Assembly (NCBI GenBank): GCA_002633005.1
Contig: NMRA01000372.1
Span: forward strand, 273,058-337,057
Source of the DNA: Phoronis australis
Taxonomy: Eukaryota; Animalia; Phoronida
DNA: 64,000 nt
Reading direction: 5' to 3'
The notes below the pieces were generated by a model. The model was given only the letters and a program-made list of their open reading frames with translations. It ran no database searches and was not told the origin of the DNA. The position numbers and the translations under genes are program-made. Positions 1 to 11,425 of the stretch are shown piece by piece. Positions within the stretch are counted from its first letter, which is position 1. Each line of letters starts with the position of its first letter.

Positions 1-696
1 TCTCGTGCTCCTATCAAAATCGTTGAATATGTACCGGTACTCGTAAATGTTAGCATGGGCGACTCAGTCACTAACTGGAAAGTGTCAAAATAACGATCCG
101 GCGAAAAAGAAACATTTCGCTCATAAATCAAGTTTTAAGGGACAAATCGACTCGGGTATTAACCGTACATGAAAGTGATCAAAATCAATGGATGATGTTT
201 GGAATTAGGCGACTTATAGCACCTTAAAAGTGTAATCAAAGTTGAATCAAACGATGATGCTTTGAAATCGCCAAGTATTTCGGTAAAGAGGAAAATAAAT
301 CACTCAAAAATGCCAAGAGTCACGTGATCAACACATTTAATAGCTCCACAAGCAAATGACAAGTATTTTTGCACAGGCACGATATTTACATGTACTTATT
401 TGGTAATTGACTACACGATGAACTTCTATTTTGCTATAACAACGCAGCGCGATGACTCATTTCTAAAGCTATAATGTGTACAGGATGCAATTAATGCCAC
501 CTGAATGTGAAATGAGCTACTATCGAAATTTATCGTTTCCTGCCTCAATATTGTTGGTAGACAATTTCACGTCGTCCACTGTTATGCGATTGGAAATCAT
601 TCGCCCGTTCTCTAGCCCTGATACTGAGTCGCTGCGGCAGATGTTGGCAGTGCGTAGAATGTGAGCAAGCGTTTCTCTCGTCTGTCTGCGCACATC

Positions 697-3600
697 ATGA
701 GAGAGATATTCGTTATTGTCGTTTTGGCAATTTCTTTATTTGTTTTCGAAGGGATTTCTGCAGAGAATGACGCAGTGAGTATTTCAAAAGCACGAATATT
801 GATTTTTTCCAAAGACATTTCCATGGATACACTGTCGCTATTTAGAGTGTTTGTTTGATGTAGTTGTACATGTCTACTGTCGTGAAATTAACCCGGGTAA
901 AACTAGTTTAGTAGCTGAGATATACCGGAAAGAATGAAACAAATATTACATGATTTGTCTCTCGACTAGGATATTTTTCAAAAAAAAACAGAAATGCGCT
1001 AAATTCTCCATGTTTTAGGCAAAAGAAATTTAGCTGATTTTTCCTGGTCTTTTGATACCAAGTCACAAATTTTGTAATTATGTTTCAGTGACAGTCCGCT
1101 ATTTAGCCCTGTGCCTGGCAGTTGCATGAAACATTTCCAAATACTGACTCAAATCTACTGCGTATTTTTGCTGTTTGACTCTAACTATGTCAATTTTTGG
1201 CTTTGAAAAAAATCGCGAGTGAACTCTACGTTCAATTCACAATCTGAAAATAAGTAGGGACCATGTCATGCAATGTTCCTAATTTAAAGGCTAAGTCCCT
1301 AATTATTTTGACGGAATTCAGAGCTCAGTTTTTAGTTGTATTGTTAGAAAATGTCACTAGTCAAGGATAAAGTCATAATTAAGATGACATGATAGAAAAA
1401 ATAACACACCTGTGAGTACAGAATGAAACAAATACGCAGTAGATAGTTGAGTCCATATTTGGGACTGTTTCGTGCAACCGGGCAAAGGTGTCCTATACCT
1501 AACGTAAACCCTCGCCTGTCAAAACACTAGCAAACGTGTTGAGCTGATGAGTCCCTGGTTTTGTGTACCCCTGGGACCCTTTCCAAGAAACTGACTTAAG
1601 TTCATTTGTAACTTAAGTCTAAGATTTGTCTCAACTTCCAAACTTTGAAACTCGCACATCGGGTAAGTTAGTAGTCAAAATTAAGAAAAAATGAAGTCAA
1701 AACCTAAGATCTCTTTTTTGAAACGGACTTAAGACAAATTTATGTTTTATCTTAAAATTGGCTGGAATTTAAGGTTTTTCTTAGCAAGTCAGTTTTCTTA
1801 GAACAGACTCCTGGGCTATCTGAGCTTCGCCAGCCGTCAACTAATGAATTATCCTGCACTTATTTTCAAATCTAGTGAAGTTGTGTGAAGCATACAGTAA
1901 ATACCTTAGTGTAGTAGTTGGTGGCTTGTGTGTGGATATTTGAATTCAGTTTACTTCAGGGATACCATAGAATCATATACGCACGAGCATCGCATGTCAC
2001 GCACAAACCACCTATATATACGAACGTATACGATAAACTTCGTGCGCACGAACCACAAAATTATATATACGAACACAAAATCATGAACACCAACCTCGAG
2101 TCATGTGAACCGTACCCATGAATCATACACAGTGTATGATTCATGTTATCGTAGGTGGGTCGTGCGCAAGATGCCATGCTCGTATTTGTTATTCCGTTGT
2201 ACCCTGTATTTGGGACTGACATATTTATTATATGTTAAGTATTCTCTCTGCATTTTGAACTGATACACATGTACACACTGAAAACATGTTTCCAAGAATT
2301 TTCTCGCAATGGAATCAACGCAGTCGGTACTTATAGACTTCCTATTCAGATACAAAAAGTACATTTCAAATGCATAACCAGGTGACAAAATGAAGAAGTT
2401 CTGGTATGAAACGGGGAACATAATTGGGGATCATTTAAATTGAAACCTAGCGTACGTAAAAGCCATGTGTCACTGGGCTTCACAATACAAATGAAAAGAG
2501 CTTGATATTAGTTCTCATGTTTTGACGCATTGCATGGTCTCCCGCGATGATCACGATACACCGAACTGTCTTATGAACCGCGTTTTCTATCCTCCTCGAC
2601 AATATTGACGCATATTGTATAGCCACACACACGCACGCACGCACACACACAAACACACGCACACGCATACAATGTAGGCCTACTTATGACCAATGTTAAG
2701 TTTTTAGTACGACTTGAACATCTCCATTTAAACCGAGCAAGGACGAAAATTGAAAATCGAAAGTTTCATCCAAATATCGAGCATGCATTCTGGGTACAAA
2801 CGTTTGAATTTAAACCTCGTTCGTGCGTTAAAAAACCGTGAAAGTCGCCTTGTATTCATGTTACCCTCAGCGGAGTTCTCCATTAGACTACCTCGTCGTT
2901 AGCAACATGTCACTGTATAGACTACTACATGCATTGCTGATATTATCTTCACTACAAGTCGCATTTTGGAACCATGCCATTTTGCCACTTATGGTAATAA
3001 ATGATTGAACAGTCGGTTACCATAGAAATGGCGAGTCGTGCTTTGAATCGATATCTATTGTGAAGACTGATATGGCGTTCTGCCATCAAATTACATGGCA
3101 AAATTAATGGGCTAGTCCGTAATTTGTTGACATTGTTATACAGTACTTGAACTGCAGGAGTTTCAAGGTAGAATTGCAGCATTGAAAAAGCATAATGTTT
3201 TTACAAAAGCTTGCTTACATACATGAAGTATCTAAAATAGGAGACTTTGTGTCTTGCGAATTTGTTATTAATCATTCCGTTTTTATCCCACAATGTAGTT
3301 AGTCTATACGGAATGCATCGAAAACTTTGTTAATGTGAAACTGTGTAAGAAAATGTATGTTCGTATTGTGAAGTTATTTTTTCATAAGCTAACCAGTGAC
3401 CAGAATAAATACATATTTCGTAAAGGAAACACCAATTGCAGGTTTGAGGACAAATTGCTGTGTTGTGCAAATACAGTGTAGTGCCACTGTTTGAATCGAC
3501 AGCGACGCCACGTCGACTTGCAATACACAACCATCTGGATGACTAACTCCATAACAGTGGCGGATTTAGTGGGGGGCCAAGGGGGCCATGGCCCCCCTAA

Positions 3601-6154
3601 AATTCTCCCAGATTCCATTTGGCAATACGGGGGTGCGAATGTCTGTCGGGCAAAATCCTGGCTAATACTCTGCCATGCCCCACTCCCTAACTCAAAATCC
3701 TGGATCCGCCTCTGCATAAGCAAGCAAACACCAAACAATTACATCTGACTGTTGGTTAAAATATACATTTTTAATAATCTGCAATAACGAAAACCAAAAG
3801 TGTTATATTTTGCCTATGTGGTGAAGGAAAAAATCGCATTGTATTACAACGCAGATAATTCTCAGAGCAGTGTGATATTGTTCAACTTCTACTTCCATGT
3901 CCAGTTGTATGTCTGGGTGGCTGCGTCCCGAAAATGCAAGTCAATCGCGAAACACTCACGGCGAGATTTTTTACGCTTATGAAGGAAACAATGAATTCTT
4001 CCCCATGATTTTACATTTCTTGTCTATTCAATAAATCACTTCAACAATGTTTGCCGTTTTGCTCAATGTCGGCTACACTTAAATGTCCAGAGCGCATGTG
4101 CGCACCCAGCCTAAAATATAGGGGTGCTCGATTTTTTTGTTATGCTGACGTTTTACGGAAAGATATCAACGAGGACAAAAACGGGGCCACTAGGTTCAGG
4201 CCCACGAGTTGTGTATCTGCGCCGACTTCCCGTGGATTTTGTGGACTTTTGTCTCGTTTACTCGGACATTTTGTTTCACTGAAGCGGACCTTTTTGGCCA
4301 ATTCGCCTAATTGGGGGCTCGTTTGAGCCTCTCAAGCCCCCTCTGGGTGCGCCCATGGAGCGTAACCCTAAAGCAGGCGCCTCAAACTCTCTTGATGTTG
4401 TGTTGTTGATACTTTCTTGCAACTGCCTTGCGTCTGCGGAACTCACCTCAAGTCGAGTTTGGGTTGGCTTTTTTCAGACTACACTGTATAACCACTTTGA
4501 CATTTTGTTTCAGAAGAGGAAAGCACGAGACGTCGAGGATGTTTACAACTTGAACCTGGCATCCAAGCACGTGGTCAAGAGAAAGAATAGAAGGGACACT
4601 GAGTTGGAATTAGCACGAGTGAAGCGTCAGCGTCTCGACGAAACCAACGTTGAGTTAGAACGAGTGAAACGACATCGCCGAAATGCAGATGATGTCGACG
4701 AAAACTCGGCATTAGAGCGTGTCAAACGAAACAGACGTGAGACTGACGTCTCTGGAGTAGAACTGCAACGTGTAAAACGCGGTCGTAGAGACGTGGAACT
4801 ATCGCGGGAGAAACGCCACCGACGTGATTCAGACTCAGCTCTGGAACGCGTTAAACGTGGAAAGCGAAACGTCGTAGCAGCTGGTGAGGTTGAACTTAAT
4901 CGTGCTAAACGACATCGTAGAAACTCTAACCACAGGCACCACAAACGACGATCCTCTTCACGGCGAGACAGANGATTCTTTACGCTTATCAAGGAAACAA
5001 CGAATTCTTCCCCATGATTTTACATTTCTTGTCTATTCAATAAATCACTTCAACAATGTTTACCGTTTTGCTCAATGTCGGCTATACTTAAATGTCCAGA
5101 GCGCATGTGCGCACCCAGCCTAAAATATAGGGGGCTCGATTTTTTTTGTTATGCTGACGTTTTACGGAAAGATATCAACGAGGACAAGAAAACGGGGCCA
5201 CTAGGTTCAGGCCCACGAGTTGTGTATCTGCGCCGACTTCCCGTGGATTTTGTGGACTTTTGTCTCGTTTACTCGGACATTTTGTTTCACTGAAGCGGAC
5301 CTTTTTGGCCAATTCGCCAAATTGGCGGCTCGTTTGAGCCTCTCAAGCCCACTCTGGGTGCGCCCATGGAGCGTAACCCTAAAGCAGGCGCCTCAAACTC
5401 GCTTGATGTTGTGTTGTTGATACTTTCTTGCAACTGCCTTGCGTCTGCGGAACTCACCTCGCGTTTTTATCCAGTCATTCGTGCCTCGTGATTGCAATAA
5501 ACCGCAGCACAAATTCCCGATAAAAAAATGAGAAATCATTAAAGTCGAATTTGGGTTGGCTTTTTTCAGACTACACTGTATAACCACTTTGACATTTTGT
5601 TTCAGAAGAGGAAAGCACGAGACGTCGAGGATGTTTACAACTTGAACCTGGCATCCAAGCACGTGGTCAAGAGAAAGAATAGAAGGGACACTGAGTTGGA
5701 ATTAGCACGAGTGAAGCGTCAGCGTCTCGACGAAACCAACGTTGAGTTAGAACGAGTGAAACGACATCGCCGAAATGCAGATGATGTCGACGAAAACTCG
5801 GCATTAGAGCGTGTCAAACGAAACAGACGTGAGACTGACGTCTCTGGAGTAGAACTGCAACGTGTAAAACGCGGTCGTAGAGACGTGGAACTATCGCGGG
5901 AGAAACGCCACCGACGTGATTCAGACTCAGCTCTGGAACGCGTTAAACGTGGAAAGCGAAACGTCGTAGCAGCTGGTGAGGTTGAACTTAATCGTGCTAA
6001 ACGACATCGTAGAAACTCTAACCACAGGCACCACAAACGACGATCCTCTTCACGGCGAGACAGAATCGTGAAACTGAAAAAACGGATCGCGAAACTTCGG
6101 CACGCGCGTCATGCGAATAAAAGGAAACGCAATTTTTCTCACCATAAGCCCTAG
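697..6154 (+). CDS. Secreted Arg/Lys-rich repeat protein with multiple furin/prohormone-convertase sites (putative peptide precursor, ~208 aa); exons 697-774 and 5606-6154
   Basis: Exon 1: ATG 697 encodes MREIFVIVVLAISLFVFEGISAENDA (signal-peptide-like) and ends at a GTGAGT donor in phase 0. Exon 2 starts after a ttttgtttcag acceptor in phase 0 (KRKARDVEDVY...), contains 7 L-x-R-x-K-R repeats and ends at TAG 6152-6154. AATAAA follows at 6372-6377. Joining is inferred from phase and proximity; intermediate exons cannot be excluded. Confidence 0.75.
1117..1484. mobile_element. MITE family A (TIR gcccggttgcatgaaacag...), possibly PIF/Harbinger-derived
   Basis: Inverted ends gttgcatgaaaca..gactcaa.tctactgcgtattt / aaatacgcagtagat.gttgagtc..tgtttcgtgcaac; related copies at ~10530-11058 and 39144-39570. 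Superfamily assignment is inference. Confidence 0.7.
1571..1814. mobile_element. Small MITE with internal CTTAAG motifs
   Basis: Imperfect inverted ends (aagaaactgacttaag ... aagtcagttttctt) around a core with repeated cttaag palindromes. Confidence 0.5.
2625..2669. repeat. (CA)n/(GCAC)n compound microsatellite
   Basis: cacacacacgcacgcacgcacacacacaaacacacgcacacgca. Confidence 0.85.
3555..3714. mobile_element. hAT-type mini-MITE with 5-bp TSD
   Basis: TIR CAGTGGCGGATTTAG / CTGGATCCGCCTCTG; perfect flanking TSD CATAA. Confidence 0.8.
4095..4357. mobile_element. CATG-ended MITE (family B) with 5-bp TSD; haplotype copy at ~5104-5369
   Basis: TIR CATGTGCGCACCCAG / CTGGGTGCGCCCATG; perfect TSD GAGCG. 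Confidence 0.8.
4514..4972 (+). CDS. Duplicate, truncated copy of exon 2 of the polybasic repeat precursor (probable alternative haplotype)
   Basis: Same protein sequence as 5606-6064 with the same acceptor (cag 4511-4513); cut off at the assembly N at 4973. Confidence 0.6.
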
Positions 6155-6371
6155 TGGCATATATTTCAGTAAGCGTGGTACTAGTAGTAAGGATTTGATC
6201 CTGCAAACGAAGATTGCGATATACGTTTTGCTGTGACAGTACCTTCGAAAACATTCTGTCTGATCTCTGTGGTAGAATGACAAATGAAAAGCGTGTTCAA
6301 GAAATTGTGTGGGCCTGGGTATCTACATACATGTATATGGAATTTCGTGTTACAACTTGACGATTTTTTGT

Positions 6372-6377
6372 AATAAA
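6372..6377 (+). terminator. Candidate polyadenylation signal of the polybasic precursor gene
   Basis: AATAAA about 220 nt after the stop, followed by T-rich sequence. Confidence 0.4.
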
Positions 6378-6462
6378 TGCTTCACGTGATTTCTTTTTTA
6401 GTTTCTGAATTACATGTATCATACGAGGTGACACAAATCGTTACTCACGTCGTTTTGTTTAT

Positions 6463-6820
6463 GAAAAGGATACCAAACCCGTGTTTGGCCTATGGACAGA
6501 TACTTAAAACGACTTCCCCATCCAGTTATCTGGAACAAAATAATGTGCTGTTACCCTTTACAACCCTCATAAGATTGGAGGAAAATTTAAATATATGTAC
6601 TCCTTCAAAGCTGCTAAACGCGCAAGCGTGACCTACGCTTTACTAGCGAATTACATTTACATGACAACTGTGGGAAAAGACCACCAAACAAGGACCATGA
6701 TGCCAGTTCGTGAGTGGGGTGCATGAGTTTTTAGTTGATTCCTGCTTTTATCTTTCACGAATGACGCCAATGATTCATTAGCAGGTGACAGAACGAGGAT
6801 TGGTTGAAAACATCAAAACA
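6463..6820 (+). repeat. Dispersed repeat with a second degenerate copy at ~8630-8955
   Basis: Shared collinear blocks aaaaggatac.aaa.ccg, acgactt.ccca..cagtt, tgctaaacg.gcaagcgtgac, aggt.acagaacgag..ttggttgaaa.catcaaaaca. Confidence 0.65.
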
Positions 6821-9800
6821 TTGTTTTAGTAGTATTCTTTTAAATACACATTCTGTAGCTACTTCCAGTTTATGATTTCTACTAAATTATAAAAATAATA
6901 TTGTTGGTTACTGTTTAATTGCCTTTTAAAAATTTACTGTGTATAATTTAAGCACAATATTGTGGGTTCGACAACAATTGTCCATTCGTTATAGCGCGTG
7001 TTGGTGATTTAGGAAGATTTTTCTTAATCGAGTCCCTGGATGCTGCTTGGAATATTTGTGCAACCATGATCTTTCACCTATAACATTAACAGGTTCAAAT
7101 TCGTTGATTATACTTTCCATTCAAAGTTACGTCTTCGGTTGATGAACATTTTTGAATTTTGGTAGACATTATTTTGCTCGCAAAGGAATTTGAAACTATT
7201 TTCAACATTTTCCTTTCTACATTGGTATGAACACAAAATAACGTCTATTATTCTCTACTATAGTATAATACGGGTTATACTGTATGGATGGCAGTGTGAT
7301 CCTATTATGCACTTAATGACCCAATCATTAAAGCTGTGAGTGCCTGCCAAGTCGCAATCTCGATATTTTGTAGCTCGAATCTAGAGGTCATCAAGTGCGA
7401 ACTTCAAAAACAACTCAAGAACAGGATAATACATAAATATCTTAGTGTGTACTAAAAAAACAGTTTTCGAGTTCGCGCCGATTTCGAGTAAACTTTGATG
7501 CTTACTGGAAAAAAATTGTCGATGCCTCTTCGTGGGCAGTTGTTGGATATTTTTCCTAGAACCAAGTATTCGATGGCCAGTTGTTCTTAATCACTTGCGG
7601 CGAACTGCAGAATTTTTTCTGCTCTTTTGATAGGAATTGCCTGTGTCGCCGACGTTTGGCTCCATATATGCCTGACCTGCGCAAGGTCGTGTTCAGTCCT
7701 CAGTGGCGGATCTAGGATATCACAAGGGGGGGCCAACATTTTGTCCGGCTGTAAGCATTTGCGCAAACTGAACCACGATTGTAGATGCGCATAGCACCGA
7801 ACGGGGGGGAGGTCGGGAGGGGGGAAATTTTTCTGTTTTTACCTCTAAAAATCAAGCATTTTCCTTGATTCCTGAAGTATTATCCACGAAAACAAGGCAA
7901 AATAAAAAAACGGAGAACGTGTCAAACAGGAAAACTGCATGTACCAAAGACTCGAAGTCACGACCTGGCGGATAAAGCGCGCGTGCGTTACCACTACACC
8001 ACACCACCACGAGTTAACTACTAATCTCATACTAAGAGACCTACTTGTTTATGGTCCACAGCGTTTGCGCGCGAAACCTACTTCTTTTTGTAATGCTTAT
8101 TACACGTTTTATATTTTGTGCCATCAATTCTTAACAAATGTGTCGTATTTAAATAGTCTTCAAATGCCCAAAAGACCAAATCCGTTTTTCGTGTTGGCAA
8201 TAATGACGGGATTGCTTTGGAAATGGTCTTAAGATAAGGTTTGACAAAGAGAGTATTGCGAGTTTCTGAGTGATTCACTAAGGCTTCGATTAAAATTCAC
8301 ATCTTACCAGCAGCTTCTGTTTTTTCATCGTCATTCAGGTTCCATTTTCTTTAAAAAATGAAGTAAATTTTCTTCATTGCACAGTGGAGCAGACGACGGA
8401 AACAGAGTCGTAGAGCGCAGCGCCACTGCTGGTCGCCTGGGATATCGCGGGTGAGCCTATACTTAGCCACAGTTCCGTTACAAATGCGCCGTGTCCCAAA
8501 GCGGCTTCAAAGACCACGGTCTCAGTTTCTCAAATCATTGGTAAACAACTGTGTTTTCGGTTTTAATCTAGGCCTCTGTAGAACAATTACTTCCATTAAT
8601 CTTTATACCAGCTTCGACACATTCAAACTTAAAAGGATACTAAATCCGGTTTTGGCTTATTAACAGATATGCTGAAAACGACTTTCCCATTCAGTTCTCT
8701 ATCACAAAATGCTCTATAACCCTTGACAAACTTCAAAAGTTTGGAGAAAATTTGGGAACCCTTTTTAGAGTGTGCTAAACGGGGCAAGCGTGACATACGG
8801 TTTTAGAAAATTACACGGCAATTGTGTGCACCCACCAAGGACCGTAGCATATGTGTTTTTAATTGATTTCTGCCTTTAATTAATGGAAGGTTCGGTGACG
8901 CCGATGATGTTTTACCAGGTAACAGAACGAGAGTTGGTTGAAATCATCAAAACAGGGTTTAGTATCTCTTTAAGCGTCACTAGACCCTTGCTTTCTGTTG
9001 AAAATCAAGTTCTGATGCATGCCCCTCTCCGTTATAATGTTCCTTACGCTCATTTTAGGGGGCAATCTGATACCTACATTGTATTTCAATACGGTAAATG
9101 ATTTAAATCATCAGTTGTATGTGTATCCTAGGGGCTCTGAATTTTAAGATACAGATTTCATACAGGTAATTTTAGGATATCTAAGTATTGCTTACTACAG
9201 TGTAATTGACCTGTGCGAGCGTGGTGTGTTGTCGATACGTGGAGTTGGGCAATAAATTTATTTGTTGAATCCGACAAGATACTGCTGCTAAAGAATTGTT
9301 TACCACCTGTGTTGAACCACCTGCCTCGAACACTCCCTGAACACACAAACATACATGTATACACGTGTCAACAGTGCGTCGCTTACTGAGCTGCAGCGAG
9401 GAATTACTGACAGAGTGAACGGCTGATTGGAACAGAACCAGTCAAGGCCGTTTTAGTCGTCCTCGCAGCGAGCCCTGACTAATCACTTCATGCAATGTAT
9501 GTTGCCAGAGTGACGCCTGTCGGTCGCAATGGTCAAACTTTGCATGTTTTCCACTCATGGAGACGATGTTCTTACAATAATGACAAATGAGCGCTTTTTC
9601 AAATGGTCAGATTTTAATCAAGAAGTTTGAACTTAATTTCAGAAAATTTGTCGTGGTGTACTATTGGCAAGTTGTAAGCTTACGGACACAAGGCAACTAA
9701 TCCATGTTTTATAACATATGTAGGGCCTACAGAGATTTGTACTCGATTGCAGATTACAAAATCATGGCTCTATTCAGGTTAAGTATTTTTTTCACCTGGA

Positions 9801-10529
9801 TAAGCGCCATAGGTAATTGAATATTCAATAGTTCATCAACTTAAGCTTGATGAAACGCGTTAGTCACAGCCATGCTACTCATTTGCATGTGTTCGGGTGT
9901 GAAAAAAGTTGAGGCGTCATGTGACGGTTTCCGGCATTAATTGTCGCTGCTGTCCGGTTGGCATCGACTGTAAATTAATCGTGAATTTTTCAATTTAAAT
10001 TTTACAGTCGGTTCTAGATTGATGCAAATTCAAAGACAGGTCAACATTGAACGTACGAAATGACATACATGTAGATACGTCGACCGAGCTCCACGTGTAG
10101 TACATGTATAGGCAGATTTCGGGGGTCAGCCGGGTCCCCCGCCCATGCACTCGGTCTCCGGACACGACCAGAAAAAAAAAGCGAACGTGCTAGTTTTCCA
10201 AATTTGGGACACACCAGCGACATCCGGAACTTAGGACTTTTTATGAGGATGATTTTCATGATGGTTTCAGATATTCTGTCTTGTTTTCTTGGTAAAAAAT
10301 TGCCATTGTCATGCAGAGTCCAGATCTGGACGACATCTTGATCGACGGAACTCCAAAAGTAAAAGCAATTGCATGGGTTTTCTATGCTGACTGCGATAAC
10401 GTTGTGTTGGATCTTTTGATATATAGCCCCCCACTTATTTCGGTGCTGCGCCGCCCATGTATTTGTGGTCTTGTGGAGAAGACACTGGTTATCCTTTCTC
10501 ATGTTGTTAAGTCGCATTACTCAGTCAAT

Positions 10530-11058
10530 TAATACAAATCGAGAGCAAACTCTACTTTAATTCTCAAAATTATTGAAAATAAGTAGGTATCTTTTCACGC
10601 AACGCCCACCCTAAGGACTAGAACTCTATTTTAAAAAGCTCAGAGTTTACTATGAGTTATATTATTTCATAAGAACTTAATGATTGTCATTCAAGTTAGT
10701 CAGGAGGGACTCATCAGTAATACGATAAAATGATAAAAAATATTTCATCTGTGAATAAAGAACGAAACAAATACGCAAAAAATTCACGGAACATAGTTGA
10801 GTCCCCATTTCCATGCGTGTATCCAGCTTAAAAAATGGAAGGCGGAGAATAATGTGCCTCAACTGTTTCTGTGTAGTTATCATTCGTCGAATTTTGGTAG
10901 TTCCTGCCTTTAAACAGGGATTTTGTCTCGTTTTATACTTTTTTCGGAGTTTTTGTTTCTCTGAGGCGGACCTTTTTGTCCACTTCGCCAATTTGCTCGA
11001 GCCCTCCTCCCTGCCGGGTTGCGCCCATGATTTGGGACTGCTTGATGCCACCCTGGCA
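10530..11058. mobile_element. MITE family A copy with a nested family B MITE (10812-11029)
   Basis: The family A right TIR (gttgagtcccc...atttgggactg) is split by a CATG...CATG element flanked by ATTTC/ATTTG. Confidence 0.65.
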
Positions 11059-11286
11059 CACTGGATATTTTGCAATCTTCTGGAACGTGGGGCTACAATT
11101 GTGAACTGAAATCAGTTTCCAATATTTTGGTTCAGCGTTGTGATTTTTCCTACAAGACGGCTCTGCTTCTCACCAATCCATGAGATTTGCCAAATAGGTC
11201 TAATCCGTTAGCGGACCCCGCCTGCGCGGGCGGTCCCGAGCTTTGTAAGTGACGTTAGATGTCGCTAACTCACGAAAAGCGATTTG

Positions 11287-11334
11287 GGGTTGAAGGTCAT
11301 ATATCCTGATAAGACGAGCGGTGTGCAAAGTTCG
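11287..11334 (+). promoter_or_regulatory. Two DR1-like nuclear-receptor elements upstream of ACAA1
   Basis: GGGTTG-A-AGGTCA (11287-11299) and TGTGCA-A-AGTTCG (11322-11334, HNF4-like CAAAG core), 90-140 bp before the ATG. Confidence 0.35.
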
Positions 11335-11425
11335 TAGTGGCGGTGTCGGCGTAGTGACGAACAGTATTTGGTCACTTTCGAATTAGTTGGTTTGACGCTG
11401 AACGTGAACGATAATTTGCGCAAGC

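Larger units (their letters stand above)
3965..6064. repeat. Tandem ~1.0-1.1 kb duplication (3965-4972 / 4974-6064), likely an uncollapsed haplotype
   Basis: Near-identical copies joined by a single N at 4973; they differ by scattered SNPs and an ~80-bp intronic indel (near 4449 vs 5461-5541). Confidence 0.85.

Noticed and set aside
1544-1580. CTGATGA-GTCC...GGAC resembling a hammerhead core
   Set aside because: No GAAA after the stem; the right arm belongs to an adjacent MITE end.
4355-4513. ORF start MERNPKAGASNSLDVVLLILSCNCLASA resembling a signal peptide, in frame with the repeat exon
   Set aside because: The ATG lies in a MITE terminus, the frame is closed by a stop in the other copy, and a strong acceptor precedes 4514. 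The 697-774 exon is a better signal peptide.
4627-6036. Minus-strand ORFs (4627-4992, 5719-6036)
   Set aside because: Antisense shadows of the repeat exon.
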